Source: a virus (taxonomy: Duplodnaviria; Caudoviricetes). From it: a stretch of DNA of 64,000 nt. The notes beneath the pieces were generated by a model. The model was not told where the DNA came from. It saw only the letters and a program-made list of their open reading frames with translations, and did no database searches. Positions 18,322 to 27,651 of the stretch are shown here, piece after piece (the stretch's first letter is position 1; each line of letters opens with the position of its first letter). A program made the position numbers and the translations under genes. Location: positions 32,001 through 96,000 of IMG/VR virus record IMGVR_UViG_3300010163_000003; one strand, written 5' to 3'.

Positions 18322-19487
18322 ATCCAAATAAAAAGAAAAACTTAATGAAAACTATTGAAGGTATCAATAAACAATTTGGAGCTGATACAGTTATGACTGC
18401 TGCTAATGCAATGGCGGCAGGCAAACTTACTAAAAAAAGAATCAAGACTCCATCATTAGAGTTTAATGATATGCTTCATGGAGGTTTCGCAAGTATCGTT
18501 GAATTATTTGGACCTACTGGTTCAGGTAAAACTTCACTTGCTATTGAAACCATTGCCTTAGCACAAAAAGAAGACCCCGATTTTATTGCCGCTTGGTTAG
18601 AAACAGAGGGGTCAGTTACCGCAGAAATTCTTGCCGCTCATGGTATAGATATGGAGCGTTTAGTATTTTGGAGGCAAGAAGATGTGGGCAATGCCGAAAA
18701 CGCTCTCGATATCGCTAGGGGCTTTATTAACGGTGGCGATATTGATCTTATGGTTGTTAACTCTATCGCAGGATTAGCTCCAAAGGTAGAGACGGAAGAT
18801 GACTTAGAGAAACAAAACATAGCTCTTACTGCTCGTTTGTTATCTAAGTTCTTTAGAGTTGCCACAAGTGCAGCATCTAAGAATGATATTGTTCTTCTGT
18901 TTATCAATCAGATACGCGATAATGTTGGCGTTATGTATGGAGACCCTACAACTACTCCTGGAGGTAAAGCTCTTGGATTCTTTGCAAGTCAACGTATCCG
19001 TATGAGTAAAGTTAAGCTCCAAAAGAGCGACCCGATATCCGAACAAGATGGATTAAAGATATCCTGTTCGACGTACAAGAATAGGTTTGCTAACGGAGAG
19101 AATCCTTACACTAAATGTACCTATTATGCAACTTATGCTAATGGTATAGATTCTATTGTAGCTATTCCTCAATTGCTTCTTAACGCAAAGATAGTACGTC
19201 AAGCTGGTGCATGGTGGTATTATGAAAATGAAAACGGTGAACCGATCACCTTCAATGGAGCGGTTTGTAAATGGAGAAGTCATTCTGCTTTTATTGATGC
19301 TCTCAGAAGCGATAAACAGTTGACTCAAATGTTTATCAATAAACTCAATGGTCAATTGGCAGAAGATCAAAGCGCTGAAGAAGAAGCAGAGGCTAAACAA
19401 ATGCAATCAAGAATCAATCAAGAAGGTGATGCTATGGAACGAAGCATCGAAACAGATGAAATAAATACTGTTCTTACAGAAAATTAA
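18318..19487 (+). CDS. recA: RecA/UvsX recombinase
   Basis: IVELFGPTGSGKTS, VVNSIAGL, FINQIRDNVGVMYGDPTTTPGGKALGFFAS, AGAWWYY. Confidence 0.95.
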   Translation: MNPNKKKNLMKTIEGINKQFGADTVMTAANAMAAGKLTKKRIKTPSLEFNDMLHGGFASIVELFGPTGSGKTSLAIETIALAQKEDPDFIAAWLETEGSVTAEILAAHGIDMERLVFWRQEDVGNAENALDIARGFINGGDIDLMVVNSIAGLAPKVETEDDLEKQNIALTARLLSKFFRVATSAASKNDIVLLFINQIRDNVGVMYGDPTTTPGGKALGFFASQRIRMSKVKLQKSDPISEQDGLKISCSTYKNRFANGENPYTKCTYYATYANGIDSIVAIPQLLLNAKIVRQAGAWWYYENENGEPITFNGAVCKWRSHSAFIDALRSDKQLTQMFINKLNGQLAEDQSAEEEAEAKQMQSRINQEGDAMERSIETDEINTVLTEN

Positions 19488-19512
19488 AAAATAAAATAAG
19501 GAGGAAGTTCCC

Positions 19513-20238
19513 GTGCCTACTAATCTTAGTATGCTCAATGAGCAGCAGAGGGCTGCTGTACTGGAAAGTGTTAACCATAATGTAGTTCTCCTAGCTGGAG
19601 CTGGCTCAGGGAAAACTTCTACGCTCATTAAAAGGACTCAGTATCTTATTGATGATCTTGGTGTGAGTCCTGAAAACATTATGATGATTACGTTTACCAA
19701 CAAGGCTGCGAATGAAATTAAAAGCCGTGTTGCAAACGTATCAAAGGACTATTATAAAATGTGGATTGGAACATTCCATCACATTTGTTGCCGTATAATG
19801 CGTATGTTTGGTAGCAAACTTGGTATCGAGAATTTTACTATTCTCGATACCAAAGATGCTAAAAACATTATTAAAGAAATCCTTACTTCTCGTAGTATAG
19901 ACGCTAGCCGTTATGTCATTAATGGTATGGCGGCTAAAATTTCTAAGTTTAAGAATGATTTAGTTAGACCAGCTAAGGTATTATCCGATGGCAAAGAAGA
20001 TAAACTCATAGCAGATGTATATCAAGAATACCAGAATATCTGCTGGAGGAAAAAATGTTTTGATTTCGATGATCTTATTATATATGCCATCCTTCTTCTT
20101 AACTCTTACTCTGATGTTGCTGACTGGATTCATAACACTATTAAGTATCTCATGGTTGATGAGACTCAAGATACAAACAGTGCTCAATTCACCCTCATTA
20201 ACCTTATTAGTGGCAATAACAATGTTATGTGCGTCGGT
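19513..20238 (+). CDS. uvrD: UvrD/PcrA SF1 helicase, exon 1
   Basis: LNEQQ, AGAGSGKT, ITFTNKAA, GTFH, VDETQDTN, ends at VG of motif III. Confidence 0.93.
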
Positions 20239-20633
20239 AAATAACATTGCTGACGTTAAACCGTACTAATTGCGGGAAAGTCGTATATTATATAGATACC
20301 GCTTTATGTTGGAAACAACATAAGTAAGCAGATAAGTTAACTCTTATTGGATGGTAATAAGTCTATATAAATGACAATCACATCAAAACGCAGCCAGGTT
20401 CCCTAACGTAAAGGCGAGGGAGCAAGGTTCATCGACTAGGGAAAGCTATAGACGCTGAAATACGCGGTGAAAATAAGGTAGAGTAACATCTACACGAAGC
20501 AAGTAGACGTAGTGCCATTTTTGCATGGTTGGTCTTAAGTAATAACCCATTTAAGGGAAGTAGCTTAATATAAAATCCATTAAAACGAAATGAGCGGCGG
20601 CTAAATAGCCGAAGATATAGTCAGTTTAAACTA

Positions 20634-20662
20634 TTGCAATATCTAAAACTATATGATATAAT
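20634..20662 (+). promoter_or_regulatory. SigmaA-type promoter for the intron 3 endonuclease
   Basis: TTGCAA-17-TATAAT with TG extension. Confidence 0.75.
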
Positions 20663-20693
20663 ATTCCTACCAATAAAGAAAGGGGTATTATAT

Positions 20694-21395
20694 ATGCAAA
20701 AATATAGTCTCGATGAAAATTATTTTGACGTTATCGATACAGAACATAAAGCATATTGGCTAGGCTTTCTTTATGCTGATGGTTCTCTGTCAAAAACCAC
20801 TTCAAGTAGTAGTGGAAAGAATCGATTGCAACTTACGTTGTCAGTAAATGATATAGAGCAACTTGAAAAATTCAAAAATGATTTAAACTTTACTGGTCCT
20901 ATTCATAAAAGTACTCTTTCTAATGCTTATAAAATGGACACTGAAGTCTGTTATATGCATATCAATTCAAGACCATTATGTATCTCATTAGAGAGACATG
21001 GATTTGAATTAAAAGATAATAGAGTAGCTATTCCTAATATGTCTAAAGATTTAATACCTCATTTTATTCGTGGATATTTTGATGGTGATGGATGTATTAG
21101 TGTATTTGAATATGACGCTAAAAGAAGCAATGGAAAGACTTATCACAGGTATTGTCAAGAATTTTCTATTACTTCTAACGAAGATATATTACAAGAGTTT
21201 AAAAGTATTTTTGAAAAAGAATGTAATGTATCTAAAAGGGTAAAATTCAAAGTTTATAATCGTACATCTAAAGCTGTATCTTTAAGATATGGTGGCAAAC
21301 AAGATGTTATTTCTCTTTATCATTATATGTACGATAATGCTACCATCTATATGGCAAGAAAGTACAATAATTTTCAACAAGTTTTATTGCGATAG
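20694..21395 (+). CDS. Intron-encoded LAGLIDADG homing endonuclease
   Basis: KAYWLGFLYADG and HFIRGYFDGDG; RBS gaaagggg. Confidence 0.9.
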   Translation: MQKYSLDENYFDVIDTEHKAYWLGFLYADGSLSKTTSSSSGKNRLQLTLSVNDIEQLEKFKNDLNFTGPIHKSTLSNAYKMDTEVCYMHINSRPLCISLERHGFELKDNRVAIPNMSKDLIPHFIRGYFDGDGCISVFEYDAKRSNGKTYHRYCQEFSITSNEDILQEFKSIFEKECNVSKRVKFKVYNRTSKAVSLRYGGKQDVISLYHYMYDNATIYMARKYNNFQQVLLR

Positions 21396-21401
21396 CAAAC
21401 G

Positions 21402-22574
21402 GATGTTAATCAAAGTATCTATGCATTTCGTAATGCAAAGCCTCAATACCTTGAGTATTTCGCAGACCACAGAGCAAATACTATAAAGCTAAAACTAGAA
21501 CAAAATTATCGCTCTAGTAAAACTATTATTGATGCTGCAAATCATGTAGTTAATCACAACGTTTTTGGCACCAAGCTTAAAATGTTTTGTACTAACGAAA
21601 CAGGTTCGCCTATCTCATATTATACAGCTCAGAATTCTACTGATGAAGCACGTTGGATAGTTTCAGAAATTAAAGCTAGTGGTAAACCATATTCTGATTT
21701 TGCAGTTATCTATCGCACTAATGTACAATCTCGTCTTATAGAACAAGAACTTACCAAAGCTGGTGTTGGATATACTATCTTTGGCTCTCAATCATTTTAT
21801 ACTCGTAAAGAAGTACGTGACCTAATTGCTTATTGCAAAGCAGTTATTAATCCTAATGACGAGGAGGCGTTTCGTCGTGTTCTCGGAACTCTTAAAGGTG
21901 TTGGCAAAGTTACTATCAATAACATGGTTAACAATGCTAGGGCTAAAGGTCTTAACATGCATTGTGCAATTAAATCTTATGCCAATAGTGCCTCCCTTAG
22001 CTCTAGCGTGCGTGTGCGTTTATCTCGCGTTGATGGAATCCTAAACCATACGTATACTAAATGTTCAGATATCATCAATGATGTCTTGTTTCTTACAGAA
22101 TATCGTACAGAGTTACGCGCAGTACAGACTGAAGAGACTATTGAAAAGCTTGCTATTATAGATGAATTTGAAGAAATGGTTAAAACTATGGAAGCTAATA
22201 ATAAAGATCAGTCTATGGTTGAAACTATTGATCAGATATCTACGCTTTCTGATGCTAAAGGCGCAGAAAAAGAACAGCTTAATGCTGTAAAACTTATGAC
22301 TGCACATGCATCTAAAGGTCTTGAGTTTGAGAATGTGTTTATTATTGGAACAGAAGAGGGTTCTTTCCCTCATGCAAATGCTATCAATACTCATAAGTCT
22401 GAAGCTATTGAAGAAGAACGTCGCTTGTTCTATGTAGCTATGACTCGTGCTAAGAAACATTTGTATATTACCAATGCCAAGCGTATTGGTAATATTTCTG
22501 ACGGATTTACATTCGCAAGACCAAGCAGATTTATTAAAGAAATCCCTTCTAATCTCATAGAAGAAGCATTTTAA
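21402..22574 (+). CDS. uvrD: UvrD/PcrA helicase, exon 2; spliced protein 632 aa
   Basis: DVNQSIYAFR, LEQNYRS, AVIYRTN, MTAHASKGLEF, EERRLFYVAMTRAK, PSRFI; in frame with the 21582 ORF. Confidence 0.93.
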   Translation, partial: DVNQSIYAFRNAKPQYLEYFADHRANTIKLKLEQNYRSSKTIIDAANHVVNHNVFGTKLKMFCTNETGSPISYYTAQNSTDEARWIVSEIKASGKPYSDFAVIYRTNVQSRLIEQELTKAGVGYTIFGSQSFYTRKEVRDLIAYCKAVINPNDEEAFRRVLGTLKGVGKVTINNMVNNARAKGLNMHCAIKSYANSASLSSSVRVRLSRVDGILNHTYTKCSDIINDVLFLTEYRTELRAVQTEETIEKLAIIDEFEEMVKTMEANNKDQSMVETIDQISTLSDAKGAEKEQLNAVKLMTAHASKGLEFENVFIIGTEEGSFPHANAINTHKSEAIEEERRLFYVAMTRAKKHLYITNAKRIGNISDGFTFARPSRFIKEIPSNLIEEAF

Positions 22575-22586
22575 GGGGGAAGAATT

Positions 22587-23234
22587 ATGGCGGATAAAGG
22601 CTATAATTATAAAGATAAAGGCTCAGTAAAATTAAGTGATGAGTTTAGACAAAAATTTATTGTAAACATTAAAGGGAAAGAAGCAGTTAAGTTGGAAGGC
22701 TTAACTGTACTTGCTCATGAGAAAGGACTTTGGAAACTTGAAACAGAGATTATTCAGTTCCCTAGCGACGCTAATCAGTGGACTGCTATATGCCGTACTA
22801 CAGTGGGTGGTTATGACTATGACCCAGTTACTGACAAGATACGTGAAGTCATATACTCAGACATTGGCGATGCAAACCCCAGCAACTGTACTAAGCTGGT
22901 AGCTGCATCTTATATCCGTATGGCTTCTACACGTTCACAAGGACGTGCGTTAAGAAAATATACGGATATAGATATGGTATGTTCGTCTGAACTTGATAAT
23001 GCGACGGAAGAACCACCAGAATCAATTATAACAATTGAACAGCTTACAGAAGTAAAGAAGATGCTAAAAGAGAAAGGATTCAATCAAGAAAAGTTTGGTG
23101 CCTTATTATTTAATCTCTTTAAACACCAGAACTTCGCGCAGTTAACTATGTCTCAGGGTGACATACTAATCAATACATTACATTCCTATCCAGATATACA
23201 AAAACAAAATGAAAATGTCAATGATGCCAGTTAA
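22587..23234 (+). CDS. Putative Rad52-like single-strand annealing protein
   Basis: DIGDANP...IRMASTRSQGRALR resembles the MAETRA.GRALR helix of Rad52-like proteins. Confidence 0.5.
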   Translation: MADKGYNYKDKGSVKLSDEFRQKFIVNIKGKEAVKLEGLTVLAHEKGLWKLETEIIQFPSDANQWTAICRTTVGGYDYDPVTDKIREVIYSDIGDANPSNCTKLVAASYIRMASTRSQGRALRKYTDIDMVCSSELDNATEEPPESIITIEQLTEVKKMLKEKGFNQEKFGALLFNLFKHQNFAQLTMSQGDILINTLHSYPDIQKQNENVNDAS

Positions 23235-23268
23235 ACATGGTATATCTTATTAAAAAGGAAGTGATATA

Positions 23269-23781
23269 ATGATTACAGAGTATAACTATGATAATGCAAT
23301 GAAAGTATTAGAACAATTTAAAGATTCTAACATTGCTACATTATACATTAAAAATGAAAATGGTATATGTGTAATGGAATATACTCTAGTGGAAAGTTAT
23401 CATCCCGAATTAAGAGATAAAATTTCTGCTCGACTTAGAACTGTAATGCCTCAACGGTTAGGGTTAATTAAAATCTTGAATGATTTTATCATCACTAGAA
23501 CAGTAGATCCTAGCGTGTCACTTAATCTTGAATTTAATGCTGTAGAATCAGATAAACCAAAAATATTGTACACATTGAATGGCAACATGTTACAAAGTGA
23601 AGATTATGTAGGATTACTCGACAAATGTATGAATAAAATTGATTTTCTTACAGGGAAGCTTGGTATAGGAAACCTTCCTGTTGATGGCCTGTTCCGCAAA
23701 ATAGGTACAGGTAAAGGAAGAAAGCATATACCAGTAACTGTTAAAGACGTAATATGTGCGTTAAACAAAACCGTTCACTAA
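23269..23781 (+). CDS. Hypothetical protein
   Basis: 170-aa ORF with RBS. Confidence 0.65.
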   Translation: MITEYNYDNAMKVLEQFKDSNIATLYIKNENGICVMEYTLVESYHPELRDKISARLRTVMPQRLGLIKILNDFIITRTVDPSVSLNLEFNAVESDKPKILYTLNGNMLQSEDYVGLLDKCMNKIDFLTGKLGIGNLPVDGLFRKIGTGKGRKHIPVTVKDVICALNKTVH

Positions 23782-23784
23782 TTG

Positions 23785-23822
23785 AACTCCCCCTACCAAA
23801 TTAAAGGTAGGGGGAGTTTTCT
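23785..23822 (+). terminator. Intrinsic terminator
   Basis: 13-bp stem aactccccctacc/ggtagggggagtt followed by T residues. Confidence 0.8.
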
Positions 23823-23834
23823 GTTAAATATATA

Positions 23835-23883
23835 TTGTAAATGCTTTTGAAATGTATTATAATATATGTAACTTAATGTTGCA
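23835..23883 (+). promoter_or_regulatory. SigmaA-type promoter of the sbcCD operon followed by the 20-bp motif
   Basis: TTGTAA-17-TATAAT (23835-63); atatgtaacttaatgttgca at 23864-83. Confidence 0.7.
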
Positions 23884-23898
23884 AAACGAGAGGTTAAT

Positions 23899-26298
23899 AT
23901 GAAAATATTACATGTCACAGACTCACATGGTACAATGAAAAGTCCTGAAAGCAGAAAAGATATATACTATATAGCATTTCTGCGTAAGTTATACGAGCTT
24001 GGACTTGTCGTAAAGAAGGAAAATATAAACGTTGTAGTGCACACTGGTGACTTGTTTCATACTCCAAGGGTATCCAATAAATTTGCAGGTCAAGTATCCG
24101 AGATGATTAAAGACATGGGTATTCCATTCTACGTAGTACCAGGTAATCATGATATCGAAGGATACAACATAGATACTATTGACCAAACAATGCTTGGATT
24201 ACTTTCAAAAACTGGTGTAATTACCATACTTGATAGAAGCCACCCAGTTACTCTTGATGTTCATGAAGATGGAGAATCATATACAGTTGCTTTAAGTGGA
24301 CAGGAGTATTATGCAAACATTGACAGGGGGAATCCACAAGATTTTGAAATGCAGCAGTGCGAAGCGGATATTAACATATTGGGCTATCATGGTTATTTAT
24401 CTAATATTGATCAACCTCCTGGGATTATCTATACTCCTACCAATAGTGTTATTACCGACGCTGATATTATCCTTAGTGGACATTATCACAGACAATTTGA
24501 AGCCGTAGTTGGGGATGTAAGTATATATAATCCTGGTTCCATGATGCGTGTAGACCAAACTGATTATAATAGAACACATACTCCACAATATGGTATACTT
24601 CATATATCTGTTGATGATAATATCGGTCTTCAATATGAATACACATTTCATAAATTTAAATGTGCAGTCCCATCAGAAACAGTATTTGACTATAGCGGAA
24701 AGGGTCAAGATAAACAATTTAAGATAAGTTTGGATGGCTTTAAAAATTCTATCATAAATTCAATGAGTTCTATTCAAACTGGAACAGATGTATTAAAAAG
24801 TATACAAGACATTATTAACACATTTGATCCTCAAGATGTTCTTCTACAAGATGTAGGTAAATCTGCTATATCTGCTTATCAATCTGCTTATACTGTTATG
24901 TCTCGTAACGATGTAGTCAGTCAGGGATACGTTCCTGATACAAATTATAAGTCTATAGTTAGAGTTACAATTGATGGCTTTCAATCTCACAAAAATACTG
25001 ATATTGTTTTCAATAATACAAGTGGATTAACTGTTATTTCTGGTGAATCAAACAATGGGAAAACCTCTATTTTTAGGGCCATCATGTGGGCAATTGATAA
25101 CTATCCGTTAGGCAATGCTTTTATTACAGCGGGAGAAAAAGTATGTAACGTTACAATTTACTTCAGCGACGGCTCAAGTATAACTCGTGTAAGAAGTATC
25201 AATGATACTGGTAGTTATATTGTAGATAATCCTGTGAATGGAATGCCTGTTCTTAAAACATATAAAGGTTTCACTAATTGTATTCCTGTTGAAGTTGAGA
25301 ACACACATCAAATGCCTAAAATACCTGTTACAAGAGATATACCTACGCATCTTAATGTTATGTCTCAACTTGACCCCCCTTTCTTAATTTCTGAAAGCCC
25401 ACAGAATAAAGCGGCTGCTATAGGTAATATTACTGGAACAAATATTGCCGATACTGCTATAAGAGCTTTAAAGGCTTCTATTAGGACTGGTAAATTTATA
25501 TGTGATGAGTCTGATAAAAAGATTATTAAGAAGCAATCCGAATTAGATGCATTACCTAGCGTCGAATTATTAGATGAAGCATCTAATGTTAGTTCAAAGA
25601 TAGAAGGTTTCATCAGGTGTTCTGAAAAGTTTATTAACGATGAAACATCTCATTATAATAATCTTCAGTCGCTCGACCAAGAAATACAGAAAGAAGATGC
25701 TAACGCATCTAAATATAAATCCCTTCTTGTGTTAAATCCCATTATTGAATTGGCAGATGAATATCGGATACAAACAGCTACTTGTCTCACGTATATTGAA
25801 CAAAATAATGCATTACTAGAAGAGACTGACAAGTGTAATGCTTTGTTGCGTCAACACCAATTTATGTCCACTGTCAAACAAGCATCTGAATATGCTGCTG
25901 ATCAATTACAATCTTTGCAAAAATTAAGCAATATACTTTCTGCGTATAATATATGTACTCAAAATATTGCAAAGGAAACAGATACTATTCAATTAATCCA
26001 AGGTTATTTAACGTTGTCTAATAGTATCACTAACTATATTTCTACCATTACATCGTTTGTAAAAACATTGATGCATCCTATGTCGCAATTAAATGACGTA
26101 GATAATGAAATAGAAAAGGGAAAGAAATCCCTTAGCTCTATTAAGAAATTATTAAGGAATGCCAATGCTGAACTAGAATGGCAAAGAAATGATAGAATTA
26201 ATTTCATTCTAAAGAATGGAATATGCCCGTGCTGTGGTCAGCCTGTTGAAACTGAAGAACAAGCTGAACATATTGGACATTTTATGGAGGAGACATAA
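23899..26298 (+). CDS. Mre11/SbcD nuclease fused to the N-terminal half of Rad50/SbcC (Walker A, coiled coil, zinc hook)
   Basis: LHVTDSH, HTGDLF, PGNHD, SGHYH, YNPGS; then IDGFQSH, GESNNGKTS, Q-loop SQLD, terminal CPCCGQ. Confidence 0.88.
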   Translation: MKILHVTDSHGTMKSPESRKDIYYIAFLRKLYELGLVVKKENINVVVHTGDLFHTPRVSNKFAGQVSEMIKDMGIPFYVVPGNHDIEGYNIDTIDQTMLGLLSKTGVITILDRSHPVTLDVHEDGESYTVALSGQEYYANIDRGNPQDFEMQQCEADINILGYHGYLSNIDQPPGIIYTPTNSVITDADIILSGHYHRQFEAVVGDVSIYNPGSMMRVDQTDYNRTHTPQYGILHISVDDNIGLQYEYTFHKFKCAVPSETVFDYSGKGQDKQFKISLDGFKNSIINSMSSIQTGTDVLKSIQDIINTFDPQDVLLQDVGKSAISAYQSAYTVMSRNDVVSQGYVPDTNYKSIVRVTIDGFQSHKNTDIVFNNTSGLTVISGESNNGKTSIFRAIMWAIDNYPLGNAFITAGEKVCNVTIYFSDGSSITRVRSINDTGSYIVDNPVNGMPVLKTYKGFTNCIPVEVENTHQMPKIPVTRDIPTHLNVMSQLDPPFLISESPQNKAAAIGNITGTNIADTAIRALKASIRTGKFICDESDKKIIKKQSELDALPSVELLDEASNVSSKIEGFIRCSEKFINDETSHYNNLQSLDQEIQKEDANASKYKSLLVLNPIIELADEYRIQTATCLTYIEQNNALLEETDKCNALLRQHQFMSTVKQASEYAADQLQSLQKLSNILSAYNICTQNIAKETDTIQLIQGYLTLSNSITNYISTITSFVKTLMHPMSQLNDVDNEIEKGKKSLSSIKKLLRNANAELEWQRNDRINFILKNGICPCCGQPVETEEQAEHIGHFMEET

Positions 26299-26301
26299 TA
26301 T

Positions 26302-26673
26302 ATGAGTAGAACGAGTCATAAAAAATCTGTAAAAACTCCCCCTGTATTTAGGTGTGGACAAATCATACGACATTTTAAATACTGGCAATGTACTTTGAAA
26401 GACAGAAAAGCGAACAGATATATGTACAAAATTATTGGAATTGGTATGCTTCCTGATAATGATACTCCTATGATGGTATATCAAGCATTATATAAACCTT
26501 ACAATGCATACATCCGTCCACTTTCTATGGCTCGTGATCTTGTTGATAAAACATTATACCCTAAAGCACGACAAACTTATCGCTTTGAAATATGGAGTGA
26601 AGAAAATGAATTATGCAGAAACCCTCAACAGTTACGAACAGACACTAAATACACTCAAAGAGCAATGTGCTAA
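26302..26673 (+). CDS. DUF1653-like protein
   Basis: IRHFK, YKIIGI, MVYQALY, YIRP, YP.ARQTYRFE. Confidence 0.7.
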   Translation: MSRTSHKKSVKTPPVFRCGQIIRHFKYWQCTLKDRKANRYMYKIIGIGMLPDNDTPMMVYQALYKPYNAYIRPLSMARDLVDKTLYPKARQTYRFEIWSEENELCRNPQQLRTDTKYTQRAMC

Positions 26674-26923
26674 TGCTGAGAAGAATGCAATCATTGCCGA
26701 GACCAACCTTAAGTCTTTAAAGGATAGGAAGAAACAGCTTGTTGATGAGTGCGTTAAAGCTACAGGTAAATCTATCGAAGAGCTTCCTAGTCTTTTAGAG
26801 GAGCAAAAAAAGAATCTCGATGCTATTATGGAAAGCTTATCTAAGATTCATTTTGGTGGAGAGATCACAGAAGATACTGTTAATGCACTGAAAGAAATAG
26901 CTGAACGTTTTAATATAAAGTGA
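26606..26923 (+). CDS. Coiled-coil protein (possible missing Rad50 coil segment)
   Basis: Start at the ATG after ggag; heptad-rich 105 aa. Confidence 0.65.
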   Translation: MNYAETLNSYEQTLNTLKEQCANAEKNAIIAETNLKSLKDRKKQLVDECVKATGKSIEELPSLLEEQKKNLDAIMESLSKIHFGGEITEDTVNALKEIAERFNIK

Positions 26924-26930
26924 GGCTATT

Positions 26931-27647
26931 ATGAGGCATAAGACAAGTGATTTCTATATCGCATTAGGTGCTATAAAAGATCAAGCAATGGTTGCAAAAG
27001 CACTTAGGCGTGAGATTGAAAAAGATATAAAAGAAGCTAAGCAATGTAAGAAAAAAGAAAAACATTCTGTAGAAGTAGACACAAAAGCTATAGAGCTTAT
27101 AAAGTCAGCTTCTGATGCTTCTCGTTCAAGTGTTAAAACACATTTTGAAGACATTGTTACTCAAGCTCTTCAGTTTGTTACCCAGAGTTCTGATTATAAA
27201 TTCATTATTGAAGAGAAGAATTCTGGTAACAAACCAGGATATGAATTTTATATTCAATCTTCTGTTAATGGAACAGTAACTAAACAAAAACCAGAGGACG
27301 CTAACGGCGGAGGGTTTGTTGATATCATTTCTGTTTCATTAAAGTTTGCGTACCTTATATTGTTTAGCAATCCTACAATTAAAAATTCAACTATACTTCT
27401 TGATGAACCAGGTAAAATGATATCAAATGCGATGTCGATTAAATTTGCAGAGTATCTTAAATTCCTTGCTCAGCAATATAACAAACAAATTATTATGATT
27501 ACCCATAATGAAAATCTAATCAATCTTGCTAATGAACATTTTACTGTAGTAAAAGACGTTAATGGCATAAGTAATGTCGTTAACGAAAAAGACTTACCAC
27601 TAAACCTTTTAATGGATTTATTTAACGGTACTGAAACGGAGGAATAA
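26931..27647 (+). CDS. C-terminal half of the Rad50/SbcC ATPase
   Basis: Signature-like ANGGG, Walker B/D-loop ILLDEPG, H-loop QIIMITH; no Walker A. Confidence 0.85.
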   Translation: MRHKTSDFYIALGAIKDQAMVAKALRREIEKDIKEAKQCKKKEKHSVEVDTKAIELIKSASDASRSSVKTHFEDIVTQALQFVTQSSDYKFIIEEKNSGNKPGYEFYIQSSVNGTVTKQKPEDANGGGFVDIISVSLKFAYLILFSNPTIKNSTILLDEPGKMISNAMSIKFAEYLKFLAQQYNKQIIMITHNENLINLANEHFTVVKDVNGISNVVNEKDLPLNLLMDLFNGTETEE

Positions 27648-27651
27648 TAAT

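Larger units (their letters stand above)
20239..21401 (+). mobile_element. Group I intron in the helicase gene (1163 nt), endonuclease ORF 3' of the core (L9)
   Basis: P1 CGUCGGU/GCUGACG (20249-55); P10 UAACAUU (20242-48) with exon GAUGUUA; P7 GACUA (20434-38)/UAGUC (20618-22); terminal G 21401; restores VG-DVNQSIYAFRNA. Confidence 0.93.

Noticed and set aside
12530-20690. Junction-mimic operators at the intron 1 and intron 3 promoters
   Set aside because: Only short AT-rich similarity (e.g. ttattttga for intron 1) and nothing convincing for intron 3
26298-26931. Programmed frameshift or readthrough joining the Rad50 halves
   Set aside because: The intervening ORFs are in different frames with their own RBS/ATG, and no clear slippery site was seen
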